Shown here piece after piece: positions 36,775 to 50,290 of a stretch of 64,000 nt of DNA (its first letter is position 1; every line of letters begins with the position of its first letter). The translations under genes were made by a program, and so were the position numbers. Under the pieces are notes generated by a model, which did not search any database, was not told the DNA's origin, and worked only from the letters and a program-made list of their open reading frames with translations. The stretch covers positions 117,802,001-117,866,000 of the forward strand of contig NC_086108.1 of assembly GCF_963921235.1 (NCBI RefSeq). The letters are read 5' to 3'. This DNA is from Mobula hypostoma (Eukaryota).

Positions 36775-38946
36775 TCTTTTAGAGCAATGATTCTCCATAG
36801 CACCACATATGGTCAACAGAGCAATACAGAGGCACAAGAGAGGAGCTTGCCCAGGTGAATTGGAGGAGGATACTGATGGGCATGATGGAAGAGCAGAGAT
36901 GGCTGAAGTTTGAGGGAATAGTTCACAAAGCACGGGATAGATGCATCCCACAGAAGTTGTTCTCAAAAGGTAGGTGTAGGCAACCGTGGCTGACTAGGAA
37001 AGTTAAGGACTGCATAAAAGCGAAGTAAAGGGCACAAAAGGTAGCAAAAGTGAGTGGGAAGTTGGATAAATGGATAGCTTTTAAAATCCAACAAAAGGCA
37101 ACTAAAAAAACCTAAAAGAAGGGAAAAGATGAGGGAAAACTAGACAATAATATAAAGCAGGAAGCTAAAAGTTTTTTCAGTTATATAAAGAGTAAAAGGG
37201 AGGTGAGAGTTGATAATGGACCACTGGAAAATGATGCTCGTGAGGTAGTAATGGGAAAAAAAGAAATGGCAGATGAAGTTAATGAGTATTTGGCATCTGC
37301 CTTCACTGTGGAAGACACTAGCAGTGTGCCAGAGTTCTGTGAGTGTCAGGTAGCAGGAGTGAGTGCCATTGCTCTTACAAAGGAAAAAGTGTGAGGAACG
37401 CTCAAAGGACTTAAGATGATAAGTCACCTGGACCAGATGGACTATTTCCCAGAGTCCTGAGAGAGGTTGCTGAAGAGATGACAGATGCATTGGTCATGAT
37501 CTTTCAAGAATCATCTGTTTCTGGCATGGTGCCAGGAGACTGGAAGATTGCAAATGTCACTCTCCTCTTTAAGAAGGCAAAAAAAAAGGAAATTATAGAC
37601 CAGTTGGCCTAACCTCCGTGGTTGGGAATGTGATAGAGTCTTTTATTAAGGATGAGGTTTTGGGATACTTTGAGATGAATGATAAAATAAGTCAAAGTCA
37701 GTATGGTTTCTGTAATGGGAAATCTTGTTTGGCAAATCTGTTAGAGTTATTCAAGGAACTCAAAGCATGAGGTTATGGAGTACTTTGTGACACAGGACAA
37801 AATAGGTCAAAGTCAGCATGGTTTCTTCAAAAGAAAATATTGCCTGACAAACCAGTTGGAATTTTTTGAGGAGATTACAAGTAGGATAGATAAAGGGGAT
37901 GCAGTGGATGTTGTATATTTGGACTTTCAGAAGGCCTTTGACAAGGTGCCACACATGAGGGCACTCACCAAATTAAGAGCCCATGGTATTACAGAAAAGT
38001 TACTAACGTGGTTAGAGCATTGGCTGATTGGTAGAAGGCAGAAAGTGTGAATAAAAGGATCCTTTTCTGGTTGGCTGCCAGTCCCTACTGCTGTTAGAAA
38101 CATAGAAAACCTGCTGCACAATACAGGCCCTTTGGCCCACAAAGCTCTGCCGAACAAGTTCTTACTTTAGAAATTAGCTAGGGTTACCCATAGCCCTCTA
38201 TCTCTCTAAGTTCCATGTACCTATCCAGGAGTCTCTTAAAAGACCCTAGCGTATCTGCCTTCACCACCGTCAATGGCAGCCCATTCCACGCACTTACCAC
38301 TCTCTGTGTAAAAAAACTTACCCCTGACATTCCTTCTGTACCTACTTCCAAGCACCTTAAAACTGTGCCCTCTAGTGTTAGCCATTTCAACCCTGGGAAA
38401 AAGCCTCTGCCTGTCCACACGATCAATGCCTCTCAATATCTTGTACACCTCTGTCAGGTCACTTCTCATCTTCTGCCACTCCAAAGAGAAAAGGCCGAGT
38501 TCACTCAACCTATTCTCATAAGGCAAGCTCCCCAATCCAGGCAACATCCTTGTAAATCTCCTCTGCACCCTTTCTATAGTTTCCAAATCCTTCCTGTAGT
38601 GAGGTGACCAGAACTGAGCATATTACTCCAAGTGGGGTCTGACCAGGGTCCTATATAGCTGTAATATTACCTCTTGGCTCTTGAACTCAATCCCACAGTT
38701 GATGAAGGCCAATGAACCGTATACCTTCTTAACCACAGAGTCAACCTGTGCAGCAGCTTGGAGTGTCCTACGGACTCGGACCCCAAGATCCCTCTGATCC
38801 TCCACACTGCCAAGAGTCTTACCATTAATACTATATTCTGCCATCATATTTGACCTACCAAAATGAACAACTTATCAGAGCTGAGCTCTAACTTGCACTT
38901 CTCAGCCCAGTTTGGCATCCTATTGATGTCCCGCTGTAAACTCTGA
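36775..38946. mobile_element. Decayed + strand CR1 ORF2 (36775-38085) followed by an antisense CR1 3' end (38096-38946)
   Basis: EYLASAFT and LDFQKAFDKV on the + strand. agaaacatagaaaacc tail and QRRFTRMLPG on the - strand. Confidence 0.82.
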
Positions 38947-41900
38947 ATTTCGGAGCGAGGGGAATTTTTTATTACTCGGGGTAAAAGAGAGGCGAGACTG
39001 TGCAGGTGCGTGATGTCAGCCAGTAGAGCGTGAAAGGTTTAAAAGGAAGATCGCCATATCCAGCGGGCAGCGGAGTGAGAGGTAGCAGAGTGATCGGGCT
39101 TTGGCTCAACAGGCTTAGGCAGTAGCGGGACGAGGCGAGGTAGGTTTATCTGTGTTAATTGCGGAAAGGAGGAAGTACATGTGTGAGGCCAGTTTTCTGT
39201 GCTTGGTGTCAGATGTGGGAGGTCCTGGAGTCTCCCAGCCTCCCGGACGGCCATATCTGCACCAGGTGTGTCTAGCTGCAGCTTCTAAGGGGCCGAGTTA
39301 GGGAACTGGAGATGCGGCTGGATGACCTTCGCCTGGTCAAGGAGAGCGAGGAGGTGATAGAAAGGAGTTACAGGCAGGTGTTGCCGTGTGTCCAAGTGGT
39401 TAAGGCGCCGGTCCAGTGATCTGAAGGTCGCTAGCTCGAGCCTCAAATGGGGGAGCGTGTTGTGTCCTTGAGCAAGGCACTTAACCACACATTACTCTGC
39501 GACGACACCGGTGCCAAGCTGTATCAGCCCTAGCACCCTTCCCTTGGACAACATCAGTGGCGTGGAGAGGGGAGACTTGCAGCATGGGCAACTGCCGGTC
39601 TTCCATCCAACCTTGCCCAGGCCTGCACCCTGGAAACCTTCCAAGACGCAAATCCATGGTCTCACGAGACTAACGGATGCCTATATAGGCAGGTGGTCAT
39701 ACCGGGGCCATGGGAGACAGACAAGTTGGTCACAGTCAGGAGAGGGAAGGGGAAGAGCCAGATACTAGAGAGTACCCCTGTGGCTGTACCCCTTGACAAT
39801 AAGTACTCCTGTTTGACTACTGCTGGGGAGGACAGCATACCTGGGGGATGTGACAGTGGCCGTGCCTCTGGCACAGAGTCTGGCCCTGTGGCTCAGAAGG
39901 TTAGGGAATGGAAGAGGATGGCAGCAGTGATAGGGGACTCCATAGTTAGGGGGTCAGATAGGCAATTCTGTGGACGCAGGAAAGAAACTTGGATGGTAGT
40001 TTGCCTCCCAGGTGCCAGGGTCCAGGCTGTTTCAGTTCGCGTACAAGATATGCTGCAGTGGGAGGGAGAACAGCCAGAGGTCGTGGTACATATTGGTACC
40101 AATGACGTAGGCAGGAAAAGGGGAGAGGTCCTGAAAAAAGACGACAGGGAGTTAGGATGGAAGTTGAGAAGCAGGACTGCAAAGGTAGTAATCTTGGGAT
40201 TACTGCCTGTGCCACGCGACCGTGAGGATAGGTATAGAATGAGGTGGAGGATAAATGCGTGGCTGAGGGATTGGAGCAGGAGACAGGGATTCACATTTCG
40301 GGATCACTGGGACCTCTTCTGGGGCAGGTGTGACCTGTACAAAAAGGACGGGTTGCACTTGAATAACAGGGGGACCAATATCCTGGCGGGGAGGTTTGCT
40401 AAGGCTACTGGGGAGAGTTTAAACTGGAATTGTTGGGAGGTGGGAACCGAACTGAAGAGACTGGGGAAGAGGCGGTTGGCACACAAATAGAGAAAGCTTG
40501 TAGACAGTGCAAGAGGGAGGATAGGCAGGTGATAGAGAAGGGACGCACTCAGACCTAAGGTTTGAGATGTGTCTAATGCAAGGAGTGTTGTGAAAAAAGC
40601 GGATGGGATTAGAGATGTGATGTGGTGGCCATTACAGAGACTTGGATGGCTCAGGGACAGGAATGGTGATGTCGAGTGCCGGGTTTTAGATGTTTCAGAA
40701 AGGACAGGGAGGGAGGCAAAAGAGGTGGGGGCGTGGCACTGTTGATCAGAGATAGTGTCACGGCTGCAGAAAAGGAAGAAGTAATGGAGGGATTGTCTAT
40801 GGAGTATCTGTGGGTGGAGGTTAGGAACAGGAAGGGGTCAATAACTTTACTGGGTGTTTTTTATAGGCCGCCCATTAGTAACAGGGATATCGAGGAGCAG
40901 ATAGGGAAATAGATCCTGTCGTGATGGGAGATTTTAATTTCCCAAATATCGATTGGCATCTCCCTAGAGCTAGGGGTATAGATAAGATGGAGTTTGTTAG
41001 GTGTGTTCAGGAAGGTTTCTTGACACAATATGTCAATAAGCCTACAAGAGGAGAGGCTGTACTTGATTTGGTATTGGAAATGAACCTGGTCAGGTTTCAG
41101 ATCTCTCAGTGGGAGAGCATTTTGGAGATAGTGATCATAATTCTATCTCCTTTACAATGGCATTGGAGAGAGATAGGAACAGACAAGTTAGAAAAGTGTT
41201 TAATTGGAAGAAGGGGAATTATGAGGCTATCAGGCAGGAAACTGCAGGCTTAAATTAGAAACAGATGTTCTCAGGGAAAAGTACGGAAGAAATGTGGCAA
41301 ATGTTCAGGGGATATTTGTGTGGAGTTCTGCATAGGTACATTCCAATGAGACAGGGAAGTTCTGGTAGGGTACAGAAACTGTGGTGTATAAAGGCTGCAA
41401 TAAATCTAGTCAAGAAGAAAAGATTACAGAAGGTTCAGTGAGCTAGGTAACGTTAGACATCTGGAAGATTATAAGGCTAATAGAAAGGAGCTTAAGAAGG
41501 AAATTGGGAGAGCCAGAAGGGTCCATGAGAAGGCCTTGGCAGGCAGGATTTAGGAAAACCCTAAGGCATTCTACAATTTTGTGAAGAGCAAGAGGATAAG
41601 ACATGAAAGAAAAGGACCTATCAAATATGACAGTGGGAAAGTGTATATGGAACTGGAGGAAATTACAGAGTTACTTAGTGAATACTTTACTTCAGTATTC
41701 ACTATGGAAAAGGATCTTGGTGATTGTAAGACTCTTGGCAGTGTGGAGGATCAGAGGGATCTTGGGCTCCGATTCCATAGGATACTCAAAGCAGCTGCAC
41801 AAGTTGATTCTGTGGTTAAGAAGGTGTACGGTGTATTGGCATTCATCTATCGTGGTATTGAATTTAAGAGCCGAGAGGTGATGTTGCAGCTATATAGGAC

Positions 41901-42443
41901 CCTGGTCAGACCACCCTTGGAGTACTGTGCTCAGTTCTGGTCGCCTCACTACAGGAAGGATGTGGATGTTATAGAAAGGGTGCAGAGGAGATTTACAAGG
42001 ATGTACCTGGATTGGGGAGCATGCCTTATGAGAATAAGTTGAGTGAACTCGGCCTTTTTTCCTTGGAGGATGAGAGGTGACCCGATAGAGGTGTATAAGA
42101 TAATGAGAGGCTTTGATCATGTGGATAGTTAGAGGCTTTTTCCCAAAGCTGAAATGGTTGCCACAAGAAGACACAGGTTTAAGGTGCTGGGGAGTAGGTA
42201 CAGAGGAGATGTCAGGGGTAAGTTTTTTACTCAGAGTGTGGAGAGTGTGTGGAATGGGCTGCTGGCAATGGTGGTGGAAGCAGATACGATAGGTCTTTTA
42301 AGAGACTTTTAGATAGGTACATGTAGCTTAGTAAAATAAAGGGCTATGGGTAAGCCTAGTAATTTCTAAGGTAGGAACATGTTCAGCACAACTCTGTGGG
42401 CCAAAAGGCCTGTATTGTGCTGTAGGTTTTCTATGTTTTTATG
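38947..42443 (+). mobile_element. CR1 with 5'UTR, SINE-interrupted ORF1, and ORF2 lacking the RT core
   Basis: ORF1 VIGDSIVRG/HIGTND/DGLHL. ORF2 jumps from EKDLGDC directly to KTLGSVEDQRDLG at about 41727. Tail ttctatgtttttatg. Confidence 0.88.
39381..39683 (+). mobile_element. tRNA-derived SINE with target-site duplication
   Basis: A-box-like tgtccaagtggttaagg, B-box-like gctcgagcc, and a central gtgtccttgagcaaggcacttaacc. TSD ta(c/t)aggcaggtg at 39369-39380 and 39684-39695. Confidence 0.85.
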
Positions 42444-42479
42444 AATGCCCTCCACATTATCCACAACATGCCCCACCTA

Positions 42480-45070
42480 CAGGTCTCAGTGTTGGGACTG
42501 CTTTTTTATGCTGTACATCAATAAGTTTGATGATGAAATAGATGGCTTTGTTGTCAAGTTTGCAGATGAAACGAAGATTGGTGGAGGGGTAGGTAGTATT
42601 GAGGAAATAAGTAGATTCAGAAGAATTTAGAGCAGAAGAATGGGCAAGAAAGTGGCAAATGAAATGCAATGTTGAAAAATGCATGGTCAAGCAATTCGGT
42701 AGTAGAAATAAATGTGCAGACTATTTCCTAAATGGGAAAAAATCCAAAAATCTGAGAGCAAATGGACTCTGGAGCGCTTGTGCAGAACACCCTAAATGTT
42801 AACTTGCAGGTAGAGTTGGTGGTGAAGAATGCAAATTAAATGTTAGCATTCACTTCAAGAGGTCTAGAATACAAGAGCATGGAAGTGATGCTGAGACTTT
42901 ACAAAGGTACTGGGGAAGCCTCACCTTGAGTATTGTGAACAGTTTGGGGCTCCTCATCTCAGAAAAGATGTGCTGGCATTAGAGAGGATTCAGAGGAGGT
43001 TCACAAGGATGATTCCAGGAATGAAAGGGTTATCAGAAGAGGAGCATTTGATAGCTCTGGGTCTGTACTCAGTGGAATTTAGAAGGATGAGAGGTGATCT
43101 CATTGAAACGTTTGAAATGTCAAAAAGCCTTGACAGAGTAGATGTGGAAAGGATGTTCCCCATGTTGGGGGAATCTAGGACTGGAGAGCACAGCCTCAGG
43201 ATAGAGGGGCGTCTATTTAAAACAGAGATGCAGAGAAATTTCTTTCACCAGAGGTTGGTGAATTTTTGGAATTTGTTACCACAAGCAGCTGTGCAGACCA
43301 GCTCATTGGGTGTATTTAAGGCAAAGATTGATAGGTTCTGATTGGACACAGCATCAAAGATTACAGGGAGAAGGCTCGGGATTAGGGCTGAGGAGGAGAG
43401 AGAAAGATTCAGCCATGAGTGAATGGCGGAGCAGACTTGATGGACCAAATGACCTAATCTCTGGCTAAAAAATTTCCTACCTGCCTCTGTTCTAAACGGT
43501 CGCCTCCTCAATTTTGAGGCTGTGCCTTCCAGTTCTGGATAGCACCAGCATAGGAAACATCGTCTCCACATCCACCCTGTCTAGACCTTTCAACATTCGC
43601 TAGGTTTCAATGAGACTGCCCCGCGTTCTTCTAAATTCCAGTGAGTACAGGCCCAAAGCTGCAAACTCTCCTCATATGTTAACCCCTTCAATCCCAGAAT
43701 CATCCTCATGAACCTCCTCTGGACTCTCTCCAATGACAACACATTCTTTTTGAGATATGGGGCCCAAAACTGTTGACAATACTCTAAGTGCTTTTATATT
43801 CTATTCCCCTTGAAATAAATGCCAACATTGCATTTGCCTTCTTTACCACAGATTCACTTACTTGCATGAGGATTCTTGTCGCTCTGCACCTCTGATGTTT
43901 GAACCTCCCCCCCATTTAAATAATAGTCTGCTCTATTGCCCTTTGTGAAAAGCAGTGGTCCCAATACTGACCCCAAGGGAACACCACTAGTCACCAGCAG
44001 CCAACCAGAAAAGCCTCCCTTTATTCCCGCTCACTGCCTCCTGCCTGTCAGCCATTCCTCTATCCATACCAATATCTTTCCTGTAACCCCATAGGATTTT
44101 ATCACGTGAAGCTGTTTCATGTGTGGCACCATTTAAAATGCCTTCTGGAGGTCCTAATAAATGATACCCATTGCCTCTCCTTTGTCCACCCTGCTGGTTA
44201 CTTCCTCGAAGAACTCAAACATATTTACCAGGATAGATTTTCCATTACAGAAACCATGCTGGCTTTTGACTTATTTTATCATTAGTCTCCAAGTACCCCA
44301 AAAACTCATCTGTGATAATAGATTCCAACACTTTCCCAACCACTGAGGGCTAGTTTAACAAGTCTATAAATCTCCTTTCTTTTGCTTTCCTCTCTTCTTA
44401 AAGAGGAAGGTAACATTTTCAATCTTCCAGTTCTCTGGCACCATGCCAGAATCAAGTGATTCTTGAAAGATCATAACCAAAGCATCTGTTATTTCTTCAG
44501 TAACCTCTCTCAGGACTCTGGGATGTAGTCCATATGGTCCAGGTGACTTATCCTCCTTAAGACCTTTCTGTTTTCCTAGCCACTTTTTCCTTTGTAATAG
44601 CAATGGCACTCACTCCTGCTCCCTGAACCTCTAGTGTCTTCCACAGTGAACACAGATGCAAAGTATTCATTAAGTTCATCTGCCATTTCTTTGTCCCCCA
44701 TGACTACCTCACCAGCATCATTTTCTCGTGGTTCAATATCAACTCTCATCTCCCTTTTACTCTCTATATAACTGAAAAAAGTATAGTATCCTGCTTTATA
44801 TTATTGGCTAGTTTGCTCTCATATTTCATTTTTTCCCTTCTCATAACTTTTTTAGTTTCTTTTTGTTGGATTTTAAAAGCTTCCCAATCATCCAAGTTCT
44901 CACTCACTTTTGCTATCTTATTTGCCTCTTCCTTGGCTTTTATGCAGTCCTTAACTTCTCTTCCCAGAAATTTCAGCCAGCTCTGCTCTGCCGTCATCCC
45001 CACCATATTCGCCATATCCTACTCCAATCCACCTGGGCAAGCTTCCCTCTCATGCCTCCATCATTTCCGG
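42480..45070. mobile_element. Two decayed CR1 copies joined tail-to-tail at ~43457
   Basis: + strand RT/3'UTR up to 43457, then minus-strand ORF2 remnants with deletions. Confidence 0.8.
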
Positions 45071-45079
45071 AGGCCCAGT

Positions 45080-48000
45080 CAGTGAGGGAGCAGGGCATAG
45101 CTACGAGGTTTCTCACAGGTCGTCAACGCCTGTTTAAAAGAAGAGCTTCACAGGCATTTGGACATTCCAGAGGCCCATTCAGCAGAGCGAGCAGAGCACA
45201 GCGCATTAAATAAAAGTACTTAATGGACAAGCGGGGCGGCCATTGTTGAGAGTAGGCTAGTGGTGATAGTAGGAGTGTCAGGCTTTAGCTCACAAGAGGT
45301 GTTGGCTCTGGGTAAGTTTCTGTTAAGGTTCCCTTTTTTTCTCTCTCTTTCTGTACAGTGTAGTAAATGGACGTTGTGTGTTCTTCATGCTAGATGTTGG
45401 AGTCCTGGGAGACCCCAAGGCTCCCAGTGAGCTATAACTGCGTGGTGCATCCAACTGCATCTCCTTGAAGACCGTGTTAGGGATCTGGAGCAGTATCTGG
45501 ATGACCTTTGGCCTATATAGGAAAGTCAGGAGATCATTGATCAGAGTTACAGGGAAGTAGTCACCCCAAGTTGCAGGAGACGAGTAGCTGGGTGACTATC
45601 AGGAAAAATGGAAATGTGAATAGGCAGTTAGTGCAGAGCACCCCTGTGTCCATTCTCCTCAAAAATAAGTATCCATTTTTTTTTCTGTTGTGGGGGATGA
45701 TTTATCAAGGGAATGCCGTGGAGACCAGGTCACTGGCACTGATTATGGGTCCTTGGTGCAGAAGGTAAAGAAGGGGAAGAAGGGAGCCATAGTGATACAG
45801 AACTCAATAGACAGAGGAGCAGACAGGAGATGCTGTGGACATGAAAGGGACACATGGTTGGTGTGTTGCCTCCCAGGTGCCAGGTTCAGGGACATCTTGG
45901 ATCGCGTCCACAGCATTTTAAAGGCGGAGAGTGAGCAGCCAGATGCCTTGGTACATATTGGTACCAATGACAAAAGAAGGAAAAGCAATGAGGACCTGAA
46001 AAGAGAATTCAGAGAGCTAGGTAGAAAGTTGAGAAGCAGGATGCAGGGCTTCATATTCTAGGATTATTGGGATCTCTTCTGGGCAAGCTATGACCTATAC
46101 AAAAAGGATGATTTGTACCTGAAACAGAGGGGGACTAATATTCTCATGGGCAGGTTTGTGAGAGCTGTTGGGGAGGATTTAAACTAATTTGGCAGGGGCA
46201 GGAGTGGGAACCAGAATGAAGGGACTCACGATAGGATGGATGGTAAAAAATAAAAGATAGCATGAAGTCTGACTGTCAAGAAGGACAAAATTGCAGCCAG
46301 CAAAGTGAGTATTGTGCATTAGGGATGCAGAATCAAAAAGGGTAGCAAATACAGCACTCAAAGTGTTAAGTATCAAGGCATGGAGTATAAGAAATGAGGT
46401 GGATGATAGAAACCATAGAAAAACTACAGCACAGAAACAGGCCTTTTGGCCCTTCTTGGTTGTGCCGAACCATTTTCGGCCTAGTCCCACTGACCTGCAC
46501 ACGGACCATATCCCTCCATACACCTCCCATCCATGTATCTGTCCAATTTATTCTTAAATGTTAAAAAAGAACCCGCATTTACCACCTCGTCTGGCAGCTC
46601 ATTCCACACTCCCACCACTCTCTGCGTGAAGAAGCCCCCCCTAATGTTCCCTTTAAACTTTCGCCCCCTCACCCTTAACCCATGTCCTCTGGTTTTTTTC
46701 TCCCCTTGCCTCAGTAGAAAAAGCCTGCTTGCATTCACTCTATCTATACCCATCATAATTTTATATACCTTTATCAAATCTCCCCTCATTCTTCTATGCT
46801 CCAGGGAATAAAGTCCTAACCTATTCAACCTTTCTCTGTAACTGAGTTTCTCAAGTCCCGGCAACATCCTTGTAAATCTTCTCTGCATCCTTTCAACCTT
46901 ATTTATATCCTTCCTGTAATTTGGTGACCAAAACTGAACACAATACTCCAGATTCGGCCTCACCAATGCCTTATACAACCTCATCATAACATTCCAGCTC
47001 TTATACTCAATACCTTGATTAATAAAGGCCAATGTAACAAAAGCTGTCTTTACGATCCTATCTACCTGTGAAACCACTTTTAGGGAATTTTGTATCTGTA
47101 TTCCCAGATCCCTCTGTTCTACTGCACTCCTCAGTGCCTTACCATTAACCCTGTATGTTCTACCTTGGTTCGTCCTTCCAACGTGCAATACCTCACACTT
47201 GTCTGTATTAAACTCCATCTGCCATTTTTCAGCCCATTTTTCCAGCTGGTCCAAGTCCCTCTGCAGGCTCCGAAAACCTTCCTCACTGTCTACTACACCT
47301 CCAATCTTTGTATCATCAGCAAATTTGCTGATCCAATTTACCACATTATCAGCCAGATCATTGATATAGATGACAAATAACAAGGGACCCAGCACTGATC
47401 CCTGTGGCACACCACTAGTCACAGGCCTCCACTCGGAGAAGCAATTCTCTACTCCCACTCTTTGGCTTCTTCCATTGAGCCAATGTCTAATCCAATTTAC
47501 CACCTCTCCATGTATACCTAGCGACTGAATTTTCCTAACTAACCTCCCATGCGGGACCTTGTCAAAGGCCTTACTGAAGTCCATGTAGACAACATCCACT
47601 GCCTTCCCTTCATCCACATTCCTGGTAACCTCGTTGAAAAACTCCAATAGATTGGTCAAACATGACCTACCATGCACAAAGCCATGTTGACTCTCCCTAA
47701 TAAGTCCCTGTCTATCCAAATGCTTGTAGATTCTGTCTCTTAGTACTCTTTCCAATAACTTACCTACTACCGATGTTAAACTTACCGGCCTATAATTTTC
47801 CGGGTTACTTTTCGATCCTTTTTTAAACAACGGAACAACATGAGCCATTCTCCAATCCTCCGGCACCTCACCTGTAGACAGCGACATTTTAAATATTTCT
47901 GCCAGGGCCCCTGCAATTTCAACACTAGTGTCCTTCAAGGTCCGAGGGAACACCCTGTCAGGTCCCGGGGATTTATCTACTTTAATTTTCCTCAAGACAG

Positions 48001-50290
48001 CAAGCACCTCCTCCTTTTCAATCTGTACAGTTTCCATGATCTCACTACTTGTTTCCCTTAATTCCATGAACTTCATGCCAGTTTCCTTAATAAATACAGA
48101 CGCAAAAAACCTGTTTAAGATCTCCCCCATTTCCTTTGGTTCCGCACATAGCCGACCACTCTGATCTTCAAGAGGACCAATTTTATCCCTTACAATCCTT
48201 TTGCTCTTAATATACCTGTAAAAGCTCTCTGGATTATCCTTCACTTTGACTGCCAAGGCAACCTCATGTCTTCTTTTAGCCCTCCTGATTTCTTTCTTAA
48301 GTATTTTCTTGCACTTCTTATACTCCTCAAGCACCTTATTTACTCCCTGTTTCCTATACCTGTCATACAACTCTCTCTTCTTCTTTATCAGAGTTGCAAT
48401 ATCCCTTGAGAACTAAGGTTCCTTATTCTTATTCACGTTGCCTTTAATCCTGACAGGAACATACAAACTCTGCACTCTCAAAATTTCTCCTTTGAAGGCT
48501 TCCCCCCTACCGATCACACCGATGATCTTTTCCACTATTGCAGATTGTTAGGTATGATGTTGTGGCCATCACTGAATCATGGCTGAAGGATGGTTGTAGT
48601 TGGGAGCTGAATGCCCAAGATTGCATGTTGCATTGGAGGAACAGGATGGTAGACAGAATGGGTGGCATCGCTCTGTCGGTAAAGAATGGTATCAAATTAG
48701 TAAAGAGATCTGACATAGGATCGGAAGATGTTAAATCCTTGTGGGTTGAGTTAAGAAATTGCAAGGGTAAAAGGACATTGATGGCAGTTATATGCAGGCC
48801 TCCCAACAGTGGCTGGGAGGTGGATTAGAGGTTACAACAGGAAATAGAAAAAGCATGTCAAAAAAGGGGACACCTCTTTCCCTCATTGGGGGAGAGAGAG
48901 AGAGAGCATGTGGTATGTCAAATACTGGGTGAATGAGTAGTCTGTGGGGTGCTGCAAGCTGCACGCTTGAGTGCTCCACGGAGGGTGCTGATGCCTTTTT
49001 TCTTGTTGGGGGGTGGGTCGTTGATTTGCTGCTGCTTATGCATGGGAGCAGTTGAGGGAGGCTTTGAGGTTCTAACATTTAACTGTCAGTCATTTGGGAT
49101 ACTCTTCTTTTCTCGTGGTTGTTTGTGAAGAAAAAGAATTTTAGGATATAATTGTATACGTTTTCTGACAGAAAATGTACCTATTGAAACCGATTGAAAT
49201 GATGGTCATGAGAGACTTTAACATGCAGGTCGATTGGGAAAATTAGTTTGGTAATGAATCTCAGGAAATTTAGTTTGATGAATGCCTGTGAGTTTGCTTT
49301 TTAGAACATTTTGTCATTGAGCCTACTAGGGGATCAACTATACTGCATCGGGTGTTATATAATGAACCGGAGGTGAAAATGGAGCTTAAGGTAAAAGAGG
49401 CCTTAGGAACTAGTAAGCACAATGTTATTGAGTTCACCTTGAAATTTGATAGGGAGAAAGTAAAGTCTAACTTAGTAGTATTTCAGTGGAGTAGAGGAAA
49501 TTACAGTGGTATGAGAGAAAAGTTGGCCAATGTAAATTGGAAAGAGGTGCTGGAAGGAATGCCAGCAGAGCAGCGATGGCATGAGTTTGTGGGAAAAATG
49601 AGGAAATTGCAGGACAGATGTATTCTAAAGATGAAGAAATACTCAAAAAGCAAAATAGTACAACCGTAGCAAATAAGGGAAGTCAAAGCTAATGTAAAAG
49701 CAAAACAGAGGCCATACAACAAAGCAAAAATTAGCGGGAAGATAGAGGATTGGGAAGCTTTTAAAAACCTACAGAAAGCTACTAAAAACATAATTAGGAG
49801 GGAAAAGATGAAATATGAAAACAAACTGGCGAACAATATCAAAGTGGATAGTAAAAGATTTTTCAGGTATATTGAAAATAAAAGAGAAATGATAGTAGAT
49901 ACAGTGTAAGTCCGCTAGAAAATATGACAGGAGAAATAATAATGGGGAACAAGGAGATAGCAGATTAACTAAATGCGTATTTTACACCAGTCTTCACTTT
50001 GGAAGACACAAGCAGTGTGCAACATACATGAAGGAAGAGAAGTGAGTGAAGTTACTATTGCAAGAGAGAAGGTTCTCAAAATACTGAATGACTTAAGGGT
50101 TCATAAGTCACCCACACCAGATGAACTGCACCCTAGGGTTCTGAATGAGGTAGCACTAGAGATTGTAGAGGCATTAGTAATGATCTTTCAAAAATGATTT
50201 GACTCTGGCATGGTGCCAGAGGACTGGAACTTTGCAAATGTCACTTCATTCTTTTAGAAGGGAGAAAGGCAGCAGAAAGGAGATTATAAA
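45080..50290 (+). mobile_element. Old CR1 (5'UTR, ORF1, ORF2 remnants) hosting a young antisense CR1 (46408-48520) and an unclassified repeat (~48866-49200)
   Basis: VCCLPGAR, HIGTND and YDVVAITESW motifs are collinear across the insertions. Confidence 0.8.
46408..48520 (-). mobile_element. Young 5'-truncated CR1 with an open 629-codon ORF2 C-terminal part
   Basis: Track ORF 46481-48370 is uninterrupted to its stop. TSD gatgat at 46402-46407 and 48521-48526. Tail agaaaccatagaaaaac. Confidence 0.94.

Noticed and set aside
39381..39455. tRNA gene
   Set aside because: A/B boxes are present, but it continues into a SINE body with a TSD and has no proper cloverleaf or poly-T terminator.
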